A stretch of DNA of 64,000 nucleotides, from assembly GCF_009914755.1 (NCBI RefSeq), contig NC_060934.1; one strand, given 5' to 3'. Each line of letters starts with the position of its first letter. The stretch's first letter is position 1. The notes beneath the pieces were generated by a model. That model saw only the letters and a list, made by a program, of their open reading frames with translations. It ran no database searches and was not told the origin of the DNA. This document shows positions 25,321 to 50,275 of the stretch, one piece after another. Origin of the DNA: the human T2T-CHM13v2.0 reference genome, Homo sapiens. Both the position numbers and the translations under genes were made by a program.

Positions 25321-26914
25321 ATGATTTCCCTAACTTTTCCTGCCCAGTATTTCTATATCCCAACAATTTTCTTCAAGAAATGGTCATTTGTGGGTATTGT
25401 AGTAAAAGAACTTAATGCCTTTATATATTTAGCTTCTATAAACAAAGCAAGTGACACCCAGGAAGGAAAAGTGCCCAAATCATAGGTGAATTAGAGTAGA
25501 ACTGGGCCTAGGATTTCAAAATCCTGCCATGTTTTATCCAACTCATTCCTCTGCGCTTTGAAGCAAGAGCAGTGATGATGTCATGACCTGGTGTCTGCAC
25601 AGAATCCTAGAATGTTCAGAATGCCTTAAGTGATGCTGTCAAGTATGTCTGCTTATTCACTTCATTTACAAACAAAAAGCTGTGAGGTCAGGTACTATAT
25701 GCAGGGCTTAAAATGAAAAAGGGAAAGAAAATAAGAGCGCTCAGGTATTTTTGATGATGCTCTTCGGTTTTCACAGGGAACAAATATAATCTTACACTAC
25801 TTTAAAATCAGGTACATAGATCTGTACGGATATCATCTATTTGAATGTCTTTCTGTACATTTTTATGCACACTGCAGTTCAAAATCAAAACCAATTTACA
25901 TTCTTCCTATGTTTTTCATTATAAACTAAAGTATATCCTCTGCTTACACAGTGTTCAATTGTAACAATGGATGAAGTTCTTTGCCTTTGAGTATCTGCAA
26001 AGATGGAAGTCTGAATACCTGGGTATTATTTGCTATTCTTTCTTGAATGGTATGTTTAATTGTTATTGGCCAGCATGGAACTTATTTGTCATTTTATTTT
26101 TTTTAACTAAGCTGGAAGGAGGTTTGGACTTTTCTTGGATTCTAAATGGCATTCTCACATTTAATAATATCACAATGATTTAGAGTAAGAATAATTCTAG
26201 TCTCACATAAATTTTAAAAAATTGTTTTCTGATAATCCTCCATGTTGAGAAAACCATTTTGTTTATGAACTTTTACACGTAAAATTGAAGATTTTACATA
26301 AAACATTTTATAAATTGATACATGTTATATATTTATATTTAATATAAATTATAAATTTTATATATAACATAAATTTTGTTATAACAAAATTTTAAACTTT
26401 TAAAATGTGATGTTTCCTATGGAATGGAGATTATTTTAATGTTTTCTTCCTGATTTTCTGAGTTTTTTCTCCTTCGTATTATGTGGTACACACACATCCT
26501 TTTAGGTTGGGAGAGCTGTCTCCGTGCCAGCTGTGAGGGGCCAGGGCTGCCATGTGCTCTCTTCCCTGGGACCTGCTGCTGCCTTTAGTGAAGCTTCCCA
26601 CTCCCAGCTTGTTCTCTTCTCATTCTTGCAGAAATGGTGTATAAGAAAATCCTCTGGTTTTTTTTGTTTTGTTTTGTTTTGTTTCTGGAGAAGGAGAAAA
26701 GAACATATTCTTAGTAGTTGCTTGTGGAAAACATTGCAGTAGCTGGTTTTAAAAATACTGACTTGTGTGAAAGGAATCCTCATGCTAACATGAGAAGGTT
26801 TCATAAGGTTAAACACCTCTTCTGAAATGTCATGGGTGTGGTGGAAACATGGGACTGACTTTTTTCCAATTATCTCATCAGATCCTTATTTTACTGTTAT
26901 TAATACCCCAAAGG

Positions 26915-27210
<296 letters not shown>

Positions 27211-29919
27211 TACTGCCAAGGTTTCATAAATTATTACTATTATTGTTACTATTTAGCTTTGAAAGTAGATGCCATGCTTGTTCACTCTTATAGGCAGCCC
27301 TGAGTCTGAAGGTTCTGGCTGGTGAGATTTGCACAACTAGTCTTGTGTTTTAGCCCAAAGTGCTGATTGTTTCTGTGTAAATTGGTGGTGGACATATTGA
27401 ACTAACTTCTCCATAGTATGAATTTGCAAATTTGTTCTTTGGGGAATGATTGGGTACAATTCAATGTGATTTTCTCTCCTCTCTCCTTTTTCTAATTTTT
27501 GCTCAGAATAAAATGGCAAATGAATAATGCATTATTTTTTGGAACCACCTCCATGATTCATTTGACTCACCCAATAACCATATAAGAAGCATTGGAACAG
27601 TATTTATTTTCTTATTCCCAGGGGTTTCCATGAAGCCAAAGGATGCTGAATTAATTTCCTAAAGTCACAAATAAAACCAGGGAAGAGCCAAGGACTCCCA
27701 GCTCAGACGTTTCTAACATTTATTTCTCTACATTTTTTCAGCTATAGATATTGGACTAGAATCTGATCTGGATTGGCTGAAAAACATAATTTCCATGCAA
27801 CTATATGATTGCAGCAGTGGCATCTTGAGATGTTTCTGGTCAGAGGAAGACACCAGGGGGCTAATATTTGTTGAGCCCTCTAAATGCTGGCAGTTATTTT
27901 ATATAATTCTTACAATAGCATATGAGATTACTGTTATGATGTTCCTTTCATAGGTGAGAAAACCATGAGAGGTTGACTTGCCAGAGATCATGTAGCCTTT
28001 GAATAGCAAGGATGGGATCAAACCCACAACATGCGCTGTGTCATTTGCCTATGACATTTGGGAGGCAATACCGCAACTTTGTTGAGCATGTTGGGATTGT
28101 AGGTGGGCTTAGACCAAGTTATCTGCCACACCCTTTTATGCCATGTCAGGTCTCCAGTGCTGCAAACTCAGCTTTGCATAATCTAATCTAAGCACTAATG
28201 TAATTCAGGAAATTCATAAAAGTGTTGGAGAGGTGCTCCTGCCAATCGTCATTCCATGTATGGGCCTTTCCAAACTGGACCTATTAAAATTCTGAAGAAA
28301 TTTTATTGCCAGATCGTTTCATTCAAAATGTCTGAATATCAAACCCGCAAGACACATTTTCTTTCTAGAATGTATGCCTCATTATGGTCTGTCTGTGTCT
28401 TCTACATAGTAAGTGCTCAGTGAATGTTGATGACTTAATGAACTTAATTTCCCTAAATTAGAAGGGAGGAAAATTAATGTAGTACACAGTTAATCTATGG
28501 TAACCATAATTGCTAAAGTCAGGAACCTTGTCTACTACTACACAAAAAGCCATTGTCAGACCTGAGCACTCACTTCTGATTTTCAGTTCCCTGGCTATGA
28601 CCACTAACCCACAGTTCTTCCTTTTCTATTATTTCACAAAATAACTCATGTAATAAATGGCCAACGTGCAACACGAATTAAGTAAAATGTCAGCTGTAAG
28701 CCTCGCATGGTTCTCTTTAGAGAAAGGCAGATTCATATGCAAGATCATTCTGGGTCAGATCTCACTAACACTCTGGCCATTCATGCTTGTGTCACTGCCT
28801 CACAACCTGTACAGTTTCATTGCTGCATTGAGGGCATAATGAACAGGCTTCTGTTTCACGGGTAAGTTCCCAGGAGAAAAATGCATATTGTTCATAATGC
28901 TATGTTTGTTCCAATAAAATTTATAAAAATATTTCTTTCTCCCATCCCATAGCTTTCTTGGATGCCTGTGAGTTACAGTAAGAATGTTTTATATGTCAGG
29001 TCAGCATGTAAATCCATCTGCAATCACTTCTTGGATGAAAACCAAGATTTAAGTACTATTAAAATAAATATTTAAGTTTATTCATGAATTTTGTAGTTTA
29101 ATCTCTTCAGGATACAAAAACCATTAAAATTATATTTTAATGCATGGCTAAAGATACATGAAACAAGTTTATAACAGCTATAGATCAATAATTCTTTCTG
29201 ATTATGCAAAATTATCTTTCAAACTTTTATAAGTTAGTAGCAAATTTATTTATACACTGGTTAAATTTATACTTATTTTTAATTGAGAAGTTAAACTTTA
29301 CAACAATATTTAGCACTTCTAATAACTAATAATTTTGTTCTAATTTATTATATTATCTTAGCAGGCTCACATTATATTAATTCACTTAGAAACCAATTTA
29401 TTTATGGCCCACTATATACAAAACTGAATACTGGGCACGTGGGCACGAAGTTGATGCCGATCAACTCTGAAGGCAAAATATATCTCTCATTATTTACTTA
29501 ATATCTTTATTTTATAATTTGAAATCTAAGAACATAAAAAAATTCCTGACTGTTATTTTTTAAAATTATATGTATCTTTGTTGTGAGTGAATATTTATGG
29601 ATGTCAGAATCGTTTCATATAACCTCTTGATATGTATATATTAGTCAAAAACAATGACAACAAAAACACAAGAGAAAAACAAATAAAATAAAGTTCTTAT
29701 CACCTTCCTTACAATTTGGGGTAGAATTTTCACTTTGTTACTCTGAAATCTTAGAGAATATTCAAGTATCCAGATTTATAATACAATTTTTTTAGGCAGG
29801 AACACAGCAAACTCTCAGATATATGAGACTATCTGATTACAGAATTCTTCTCTTCCTGAGTTCGTATACCTAAGGCTAAAGCCAAGGTATACTCTGCATT
29901 GTTAAAAATACGTTTCTCT

Positions 29920-30030
29920 AGCTGGATGTGCTGGTGCACGCCTGTACTCCCACCTGCTCAGGAGGTGGAAGCAGGAGGATCACTTGAGCTCAGCCAGAGC
30001 AACATAGCAAGACTCAGTCTCGAAAATAAA
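29920..30030 (+). mobile_element. Alu monomer fragment (FLAM/AluJ-like, internally deleted)
   Basis: cacgcctgtactccc...ggaggatcacttgagc...gcaagactcagtctc. Confidence 0.7.
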
Positions 30031-30420
30031 TATATACATTTCTCTATGGAGAGTAACACACTTAGGTATGTATTTTAGAAAGACTGATTGTTTCAGAACA
30101 TAGAATGAAGCTGACCCAGATGGAAAGCAAAGATAATGATGAAAAGATTCATGTGGTAATCTAGGCCAGAAAGGACATTGGCTTGGACAAAAGAAGTGAC
30201 CATTTGGTTGGCAATGAGAAGACAAATTTTAAAAGTATTTGAGACTCATACTATGCACAAAAATTAACTCAAAGTGGATCATAGGCCCCCGTGTAAGAGC
30301 TAAAACATATACAGCTCCAAAAAAAAAAAAAATGTAGTGAATCTTCATAACCTTGGGTTAGGCAAAGTCATCTTTGATAGGATAATAAAAACACAGGAAG
30401 CAAAAGAAAAAATAAATACA

Positions 30421-30740
<320 letters not shown>

Positions 30741-31380
30741 TCATCATTTGTTAAAAATTTGTGTTTCAAAGGCTACCATCAAGAAAGTAAAAAGAAAACC
30801 CACAGAATGAGACACAATATTTTCTAAACATATATATGAGACTTGTAGGTAGAATATATAAAGAACTCTTACAAATTAACAATAAAAATTCAAAGGACAC
30901 AATTTAAAAATGGCCAAAGGATCTGAATAGACATTTCTCCAAAGAAAATATACAACAACCAACATGTACCTGAAAACATGCAGGACATAGTTAACCATCA
31001 GAAAAATGCAAACCAAAACTGCAATGAGATACTATTTCATACCTACTAGGATGGCCATAATAAAATCAGACAACCACAAGTGTTTGTGAAGATGTGGGGA
31101 AATTGGAACGCTCATAGACTGCTGGCAAATGTGTAAAATGGTGCAATTACTTTGGAAAACAGTCTGGCAATCTCTCAAAAGGTTAAAAATAGAGTAGTAA
31201 TAGTAATATGACCCAGCATTTCCACTTTTAGGTATGTACCCAAGATGAATGTAAACATATGTCCACACCCAAACTTGTGCAGGAATGTTTACAACAGTAT
31301 TATTCATAATAGCCAAAATGTGAAAACAGTTCAAATTTCTATCAGCTGATGAATGGATAAATATCCAAACAATAGAATTC

Positions 31381-31867
<487 letters not shown>

Positions 31868-32279
31868 ACATACAATAGAATATTATTCAATAATAAAAAG
31901 TATTGAAGTACTGATACTCGCTAAAACGTGGATGAACTTTAAAACTATTATGCTAAGTGAAAGAAATCAGTTACAAAAGACCACATATTGTATTATTCCA
32001 TTTATATAAAATTTTTGGAAAAGCAACACTTAGAGACAGAAAGTAGAATAGTGGTTGCCTGGTGCTGGAGACTTTGGGGAGAAATGGAGAGGAAATGCTA
32101 TCATGTACGGTGGTTTTTATTTTTTTTTTTGGAGTGATGAAAATGTTCTAAAGTTGACTGTGGTGATAGTTGCTCAACTTATTGAATATATTTTAAGAAA
32201 TGACTTGCATAGTTTAACTGGGTGAATTGTATAGTGTGTAAATTATTTCTCAATAAAGCTATTATGTTCCAAAAAATTT

Positions 32280-32660
32280 AGGAAGAAAATGGACGAATCT
32301 TGATTATCGTTTAGATGTGAAATAAGAATATCAGGTGGGAAGAAAACAAGGCTTTTTGATTAGTCTGTGGGGTAATGGGTGAGAAGGAATACAGAAAAAC
32401 AAGAAGGTTCACAGAAGGTGATGAGCTCAGTTTGGAATATAGCAAATTTGAAAAGTTGGAAATGAATCCATATTGCTATAACTCAAGAGCAATGCCTAGG
32501 TTGGAGATGATACATTCTGGAAGCAGGACCATAAAAGTGGTCATTGAAGTCAGTGATGTGGGTGAGAAAAGGCCCTGGGCAGAAGTCTGTGGAGCCCCAG
32601 CGCTGAGGGGCATTCTTGGGAGAAGAACCAGCTAAGGAGACACAAGAGTTCTTGAAATAG
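32280..32660 (-). mobile_element. L2 fragment
   Basis: gatgagctcagtttgga...agaaccagctaaggagac. Confidence 0.55.
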
Positions 32661-32758
32661 AACATTCGCATAAGCTAACACATGTCACATTCGTCTATAA
32701 GAAGTAGGACTTCAAGGAAGTTTTGTGCCATTAATATGCTTGGATAAACCAAAGTCTA

Positions 32759-33168
<410 letters not shown>

Positions 33169-33413
33169 GAGAGTTTTAACAAGTAAAATTAACATAATTT
33201 CATCATCTAGTTTTCTTAATGTTTAAAATTGATTCTTAACCAAACTTGTCATCACATACAAGTGTATACATATTATATATGCCAACAAGTATATACATAT
33301 TATATATGCCACTAAATTACATATTCTGTCACTTTGCCATAAGCTGTTTGAAAGACATTTTAGTTTCCTCCCCACAGCCTTAGCATGCTGTAGCCTTAAG
33401 AAGTAATCTATGA

Positions 33414-33723
<310 letters not shown>

Positions 33724-34437
33724 TTAATGTTATTGTTATTAAAGCTGTGATTTTCTACAAACAGGTTAATTTTCAAAGGGAGCTCAGTTATTATAACATC
33801 TACTGGATAATTTAGATTGTTTCTATTATTACAGCTTCTTGTTCAGAGTAACTTCACTAATGTTTATAATATGCTGTTTGGAACGCCCTGTTTTTCAAGA
33901 TGAACTCACTGGAACTATTGACTTGGCAGCCAGCTACTTTTTAAAAGCAGTGCACCAATCAGATAAGAATAATCAACTCAAATATTTACTTAAAACCTTT
34001 CCAAAATAATTACTTACAAGTCTCAAACCAGAATAACAAAATTTGAAGTGCAATTACAGAAACACTTTTCTCTCACATGCTTGTTAAAGACAAATAACAG
34101 AAAACACTAATATATTGATGTTGATTACTGAAAAGGTATTGTTTAGAATGTTTTAGAATGTATGTCTTCGGCATTGGTGTGTATTTCTATTAACTTGTTT
34201 TGCAGAAGTCTTATTTTTGTTTCCAGGTATTTTCTGATTTCCTCAGAGCTCCAAATGGTATCAACAAGTGCTTTTCTACAATGGGAATGAGGCATGCCAG
34301 TGTGATGGTCCCTAATCAATATTTGCCAGCATATCATTATGTCAAAAATATTACCAGGAGTTTACCTATAAGAGTACCTAAGAATGGGGCTTATTAGTTA
34401 GAAATCGTAATTCAAATATCCCTGTCTCCCTTTTCTA

Positions 34438-34735
<298 letters not shown>

Positions 34736-34814
34736 TCAAAGACATACAATGGAGAGGAGTTATGAAGAGTGACTGTTAACATGAAAATATTGGCAAGAGA
34801 TGGAACAATAGCTA

Positions 34815-35096
34815 TTTCTTTTCGAGACGGGGTCTTGCTCTGTTGCCCAGGCTAGAGTTCAGTGGCCTGATTAAGACTCACTGCAGCCATGACTTCCCCG
34901 GCTCAAGCCATCCTCCCACCTCAGCCTCCAGACTAGCTGGACCTACAGGCACGTGCCACCATGCCCAGCTAATCTTTTTTGTTTTTAGTCATGAAAAGGT
35001 TGCCTGAGCTGGTCTCTAACTCCTGTCCTCAAGCGATCCTGCCTCCTCAGCCTCTCAAAGTGTTGGGTTTACAGGAGTGAGCCACCATGCCTGGCC
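34815..35096 (-). mobile_element. AluJ
   Basis: J diagnostic gctcaagccatcctcccacctcagcc. Confidence 0.9.
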
Positions 35097-35662
35097 TCCC
35101 ATTTTCTAACTTAAGTAATAGCATGTTTTCATGGCACCTGAACCCCTTATTTCCAGGGGAAACATCATCAAAATCTGATGAGAATTTGTTGAGAGAAGTA
35201 AAAGAATACAAATAGTCCTTGTCCTCCTATTTACGGCAGAGGACACAAGGGTGTTTGCCCAGAAGAGGTAGACGCCAGGCTACCGTACGCCCAGAGTATT
35301 CAGGGCTCCAGTGACTTTGGAAAGCTATTGGATCAAAGCAGATTTCAGGGAAAGGAATGAAGAGCAGCAGTTTTGATTTGACCATTGGCTTCAGGAGGCA
35401 GGGATTAAAGGGATATTTGATGCTTTCGTGTTGTGTAGTCATAATCAGCAGACAAGAAGCAGACAGATTACGGATCAGAGGCTCCTGTGCATCTGGCAGG
35501 GGAACCTCAGTCAGGAGGCTACATTGGCCATAGCAGTTGCAGTCCAGCATCGAACAAATGCTGTCCTGCTTTAGCAATGATTTGGGAAGAAGTTCCGTTT
35601 AGTAAAATGAATCTGCACTTTAAATTCTACTGGATGTGGAAGGTAAAAAAGAGGGAAGATTC

Positions 35663-35948
35663 GGCCTGGCACGGTGGCTCATGCCTGTAATCCCAGCACT
35701 TTGGGAGGCCAAGGGGCAGATCACGTGAGGTCAGGAGTTCGAGACCAACCTGGCCACATGGTGAAAACCTTGTCTCTAGTAAAAATACAAAAATTAGCTG
35801 GGCGTGGTGGCATGTGCCTGTAATCCCAGCTACTTGGGAGGCTGAGGTAAGAAATCACTTGAACCTGGGGGGTGGAGTTTGCAGTAAGCCAAGATTGTGC
35901 GATTGCACTCTAGCCTGGGCAACAAGAGCAAAACTCTGTCTCAAAAAA
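35663..35948 (+). mobile_element. AluS
   Basis: Dimer; TSD gagg(g/a)aagattc. Confidence 0.9.
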
Positions 35949-36944
35949 CGAGGAAAGATTCCAGGAATTTTTCTTAAACATCACAAATCTTTTCCCATGA
36001 GGCAGATTTCTCCATCAGCAGTTGTAACATATACCACCTGCATTTCCTGGGTTGGTATACCTCTATTTTCATATTTAAGATGATCGTTTAATTTAGTATT
36101 TAAAAGTTTTGCATGCAGCATCAAGGAAATTGTTGATCTGAAAATTAACTATTACAATTTACATAATGGATTATTTTCCTTTTCAAATATCCTGGAAAGA
36201 AAAAGGGAAATAAATACATTTGTTAAGTATATTTAAATTCTATATTATATGAATGGATTTGAACAATTAGGTTTACCTAGAGTTTTGTAATATACTCAAT
36301 TCTGTTCATAGTCACTTTTAACATCTTTTTATGATTTAAATGATTCAATTTTGCTAAGAAGCCAGGGCAATAATAGATCATCTAGATCTTTCCCTGTTCA
36401 GTGTTCCATTCACCACATCAGGCTAAGGGTGTAAGGTGCAAGCTGCTTTTGACCTTTCAGAGCACGTGGAACTAAGCAGAAAATGGCATTTTCAAAATGC
36501 TCCTAGCACACAGATATCCTACTTCCCAGCATATTGGAGATGGTCTTTTTTTCCTGGCAGTTGAGATGCCTGCCCCAGTTACATTTGGCCAGGTAAACTG
36601 CTCTCTTCATAAGACACCAGGAGAATGACTTATTAGAAGGCAATGATTTGCAATTGCCTAAGATCTCTCAGTAAAACTGATTCTTCTGCTTCTATTTTGC
36701 TGTTACTGTTTTGCATTTGAGAATTAGTATTTTGACTACTGTGTCATCCCTGTCATTCTGTCTTCAAGGTGAGCCTTCACAGACTAAGGTAAAAAGTTCT
36801 CAGCCTATTTTCATGACTATGTTGGCTACTTGTTCTAAATTGAAATAATTTTTATGACTGACTCTGTGAAAATAGTTAGCTAAATAAGTTCTAGTCAAAT
36901 GATCCTAGAATCTATGGAAACTGATTTCATGCACATAATGTCAA

Positions 36945-36997
36945 GAGATCACGCCACTGCACTCCAGCCTGAGTGATAGAGTGAAACTTGTCTCAAA
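36945..36997 (+). mobile_element. Alu 3'-terminal fragment
   Basis: gagatcacgccactgcactccagcctg...gtctcaaa. Confidence 0.85.
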
Positions 36998-37344
36998 GAT
37001 TATTGAATCTGAATCTGAATTCTCTGAACTCCATAGCAGTTTGGAAACATTCTCCAACAATATAAATTCTTGGACATTTGTATAGCTAAAATATGAGAGA
37101 AACAGGGAAGTTATTCTCACCACAATTTTAGTCATTTTTTTCAAATCCAGAAAACTACAAAATTTTCCAAACTAATTATTATGCTCCTGATTCAGGACAG
37201 AAAGCTGCTTAGAGATGTGATGACATTTCCATGGATTCAGAAATGAAGTGCCTACTATGTGCTGGGCTCAGAAAATACCATAGGGTATCTGTCCTTAGGA
37301 AGTTTACAGAAGTACAAAAGAATCAGAGTGATTTATTGTTGAGG

Positions 37345-42827
<5,483 letters not shown>

Positions 42828-43688
42828 AGAATTAACGATGAGTTTAAGAAAAAGAGGCAGGGTCTGCACATCATTAAAATAGCCTTGGGATTTATCTGTA
42901 ACCATCAGGAAACTGATGAAGGGTGTTAAATAGGAGAGTAGCATGAGCATTGTGGCTGTGGTCTACTGGGTAGATTTGTGGATGTTTGAGAGACTCATGA
43001 CAGGGAGACTAGTTATCAGAGCTGGACCGAAGTGGAAGGATCTAAACTAAAACAATATCATTGACAGTGAGTGAAACAGGGAGGGAGGGAAATTATTAGG
43101 GTGGTCCTATGGCTTGCTCTTAGACCAGGATTGTCCACAGCAGGTACAGGAGTGGAGTAGTCAAGCAAGAGTCCTGTTCTCTTGGGTTACAGTCCTAGCA
43201 ATTAACCACACACTATGGAGATCAACCTAGTTGCCATGGTTAAGCAAAGAACTTAACACTATAGCTACACAATAAAATATATTTATGGTTTTTGTTTGTC
43301 TTTTAAAAATACAATCAGCTATCTATGGAATTAATGCTACTTTTCTGTGAAGGTCATTAATTATCATCATTATCATTTTAGATCATGATTGGATGCACCA
43401 GGACTTTACCTTACAGTTTCCTAAAGAGGACCTTGCCAGGGCGTTGACTATAGATTTATTATGCCATTGAAGTTTTACATATTATTCTCACTGATAAAGA
43501 GTATATCCAACATTACCTGTAAAAGCCTATGATTATTTAGTTTTTAAAAAGCGTAATTTCAAATTAAGGCTATAATTCAAAGTCATGTTTCTCCCTAAGG
43601 AAAAAAAATGCATTTGCCTTAAGTGATAATTCTCATATATAAGGAGATTTATGTAGGAGTCAATGAATGGCTTTTGGCAATGCTCTGC

Positions 43689-44209
43689 TGTGGTGGGAAG
43701 CCCCTGAGATGGCACCAAATAATCTTCGTTTCCTGGTACTCATGCCCTTCTGTAATTCCTCTTCTTAAATGTGTAATGGACCTAGTGAATATGGCAGGAG
43801 TGCTAGGATGTCACTTTGGAGATTAGGTTATGAACACATTGTGATATCTGTCTTACTTTCCCTCTCTTGCTTTCCCACTGGCTTATGAGAAAAGCCAGTT
43901 TCCATGTTTTGAGTTGCCTTGTGGAGAGTAGAGTGACAAGGACCCCACGTGACAAGGACCAGAGCTCTCCAGCCAACAGTCAATGAGGACTCGAGGCCAT
44001 CAACAGTCGTCACATGAGGAAGCTAGAAGTAGAGCATCCCCCAGTCTAGCCTTAAGATGATGGGACACCTAGTTGACAATGTTGATTGCAGGCTCGTGAG
44101 ATCCAGAGGCGCCTGGCTAACCTACGCCTGGGCACCTGACCCAAGAAACTGTAATAGGAGGAATATTGTTTGGGGATAATTTATTAGGGAACAGTAGATA
44201 ATCTAATAA
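43689..44209 (+). mobile_element. MLT1F/E-type MaLR solo LTR
   Basis: tgtggtgggaagcccctgagatggc...ggataatttatt...gtagataatctaata. Confidence 0.75.
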
Positions 44210-44531
44210 ACCTGTTATTATATTTTATTATTTAAGTTACAGCAAATAGAGGGGTATATAAATAGCGGATGCTGTAATATTTTATCTTTAAGTAACAAAA
44301 TATTATGCCTTCATAATTATATTATTTTCTAACAGCCATTCTTTTCCAAGGAATGATAGAATATTCTAATATCTATCAATTACATCCATTGCTTACCTTA
44401 AATGCCAAACCAACCAACCAAACAAACAAACAAACAAACCAGTAATTCCTATCTTCGGGCAACATGTAAAATATTATTACATAAAAAACTTTTAATCATA
44501 TAGCATTTAAAAAATTAATTTCCTGTTTTGA

Positions 44532-45010
<479 letters not shown>

Positions 45011-45169
45011 TCTGGGCCCCATAACTTTTATGTGAACTATATATATGTGTGTGTGTATATATATATGTGTGTGTGTATAATATATGTATGTATATATTTT
45101 TTTTTCTCTTTTTCAAGTGGATATTTCTCTGCAAAAATAACTTGGTTTATGCATACTTGCAGAATTTTG

Positions 45170-45922
<753 letters not shown>

Positions 45923-46801
45923 AGTTAAATTGACTAGTATTAAACATGCAGTGCTGTGCTCATAAACCAAGGTGATGGCATGGCTGGAGGCCTGTTCATG
46001 TGCGGCATTCACAGCAGTCCTATTTGCTGGCAGGATTAGAGAATGGCAAGTATATTAACAAACTCAGTGGAGTCATTAACTTGGGAATGGTCGCAAAAGG
46101 CGGCAAAATCAGAGAAACAGTATAAATTGCTTTTTAAAATTTAGCATTCTGAAAAAAGGCAGTTTTGAAAACCATGAATAACATATTTAGTATTGGGAAG
46201 AAATCCTTGGATAGTAGCCTTAACAAAATAAATAAAGGAAAATAAGCTGAAAAGTAGAAAAAACGCACACTGTAATCAGTAATACAAGAGAATCAGTAGT
46301 ACAAGAGAATTCCTAGGTCTTACGGAATATGCTAAAACAGTGAACATGGTGATCCAAGTAATTTAATTAATTGCAAAGTGATTCTTTTAGCTGAATGACA
46401 TTACTGACCCATTAATGGTGGGAAATCAGATTTATTGTGTTTTCAGGGTTTGTTATGGAATTATTTTGAGCTGTAAATATTGTATTTCCAGTTCCTGTGC
46501 CATAAAACACACATATATCTTCGATCAATCACTTGGGGCAGGTACATTTCTTATGGAAACATTCTATATTATATCAAATTTTCTATCAGAGAAAAAAGTT
46601 TATAAACTAGTTTATGAACATTAAGTTCAATGAAGTGTACTAGACTTAGTATTGTGTTGACAGAAACCTAATAGTTCATTACTTCCAATCCTCACTTCTA
46701 CTTTTACCGATGCAGAGTCTATCATCAACTTTTACCCCCCTTAGCACCATATCCTACTTACCTGAGATAAATGGATAGAAGTGGATAATTAGTACCTTCA
46801 T

Positions 46802-46832
46802 TGTGTGTGTGTGTGTATGTGTGTGTGTGTGT
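46802..46832 (+). repeat. (TG)n microsatellite
   Basis: Direct reading. Confidence 0.9.
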
Positions 46833-46834
46833 TA

Positions 46835-47080
46835 GGTTGAATTTCTTGAAAACAGAAAGTTGCCTTAAGAGGTTTTCCAGGAAAGGCTCTTTGGAGATAA
46901 ATAAATATAGAGAAGTGAAGAGGGCAGGATGGGGCAGAGGGAGAAAGTGACCAACAGCTTGGTTAGAACTGAGGCCTCAGCTCACCCCACAGGAAACTTT
47001 AGTGGGTCTTAGAAGCGAGTCCACATTGAAGCAGAGGGAACTTCACTAGTGCTTCTCAGCTCTCCCCACCCCACCTTATG
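46835..47080 (-). mobile_element. LTR33-like ERVL LTR fragment
   Basis: gcaggatggggcagagggagaa...gaggcctcagctcaccccacagg. Confidence 0.55.
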
Positions 47081-47084
47081 TGGG

Positions 47085-48100
<1,016 letters not shown>

Positions 48101-48222
48101 AGAACAATAATATCTTTTCTGAATGCCCATTATCTTGCCCCTAAGAACTGTGAGTTCACTTAGTTATCTCCATAGTTTTCTTAGGCCTGGGCTTCTCTGG
48201 CTGCAGCCCCAACCTTGCCATC

Positions 48223-48638
48223 TGCTATAGTTTGGATGTGCTGCCCAACGTTTCTGTGTTGGAAACTCAATCCCCAATGCAGCAGTGTTGGAAGGTAGGG
48301 CCTAATGGGAGGTGATTGGGTCACAGGTGCACTGCCCTCATAAATGGATTGATTCTACTATCATCAGAGTGGGCTTGTTATTTTGGGAGTGGTTTCCCTA
48401 CAAGAAGTTGAGTTTGATCCCCTCTTGCTCGCTATCTCTCAGGCTCTCTTTTGGACTTTCACCTTCTGCCATGGGAGGATGCAGCAGGAAGGCCCTCCAC
48501 AAATGCCAGCTCCTCCATCTTGGATTTCCCAGACTCTGGAACCATAAGCCAATAAACCATAAGCCAATAAATTTATGTTTATTATAAATTACTTAGTCTG
48601 TTGTATTCTGTTATAGCAGGACAAAACAGACTAAGACC
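48223..48638 (+). mobile_element. MSTB/C-type MaLR solo LTR
   Basis: tgctatagtttggatg...aaacagactaagac. Confidence 0.8.
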
Positions 48639-49797
48639 ATCCGTCACCATTAATTTTGCCAAACCTTTTTCTGACAGTTAAGTACCAACTCCTGGCATCT
48701 GTTATTTCATCCCCTTTGCTCTCAAAGCACACAACTCTTGATAATATTGCCTCCCAGCAGCCCTGACCCTCAGTAGACAACCATGACTGAGCATCTCAGT
48801 AACACTTGTGTTTCTTTCACTGTCGTATTTCTTGTTGTTTTGGAGAATGGAGTTTCCTCTGGCCTTTCCCACGAAAATAGTTAACTGGTGGAATTTCCTG
48901 ATTTGTTGTATTCTGACATACCCATTTTTTCTACCTTTTGATTGTTTTATTCATCATGTGCCATGGCACTTCTGATATTTCTATTTCACCTTGTGTGGGC
49001 TGTCACTCTTTCCAATATTCCACAGTCCATCTCACCAATGTGTTGATAATATCTCCTAGGTTCTTCCTGGGGCAATAAATCCTGTAAAATTGGAGAGTGC
49101 TCTATATACATGAACTCTACCTTCTCCAATTTTATATTCTGTAGCATGTAATCCATCATTATCAGAATTCAAGGCTTTAAGGGTAGATCTTGAGATGGGG
49201 GCAGGAATTGTCATAAAGGCACCTGCCTCATTTGAGACTTCTGCATGATCTGTATGTAAGGCGTGCTATGTTTGGTTTCGTTTTTGTTTTCTTTCCAGGG
49301 GGCCTATGTTTTGACAAGGGGAAGTAGACCACTTTGTCAGATCCGATAGGTTTAAGGGAATGTGTGAGTTCAAGATTTTGAGCTGTATATACCCAGGTAT
49401 TTCAATCTCAAGTCTCAATATCTCAGCATTTCCCTATTTGTGCACTCACATTGGCATATGAGACCTGGTCAGGCTAAACACTTTCTCTGAAGCTTTATTA
49501 CTTTTAAAATTAAATCCTGAGCCTGCTTTTCTGCCCCGTTTGCCTTTTAGCTATACAAAATTCACATCAAGAACATCCTCTGACTTTCATATTTTGTCTA
49601 AATTAGTAATTAACCTTCCCAATCTGATCTCTTTTAGCAAATCATTGGTACTTAGTAACAGCTACCAACCTCCCAGATTTTTATGTGTATCATTTCCTTT
49701 ACTGTGGATATATTTCAACAGACAGCACATCTCCTTTCACTAGGATTCTCCCTCAGAGAAGGTTTACATTAGTCAAAGTCTAAAGAGTTTGACTTCT

Positions 49798-50147
<350 letters not shown>

Positions 50148-50275
50148 TTAAAGTAAGGGTCTTTATTGTCCAGCAGCCAGGTCCAAAATTACATTTTAGA
50201 GTTTGCTTCTTAGGACCACTTCCGGAATCAGGAATGTGAATCTGAGACAGAGAATTAAGTGTTGTAATCAACACT

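Noticed and set aside
29000-29790. Very AT-rich block as a matrix attachment region
   Set aside because: Composition alone is not evidence of function
35227-35577. 116-aa minus-strand ORF in apparently unique DNA
   Set aside because: No recognisable domain, non-ATG start, length compatible with chance
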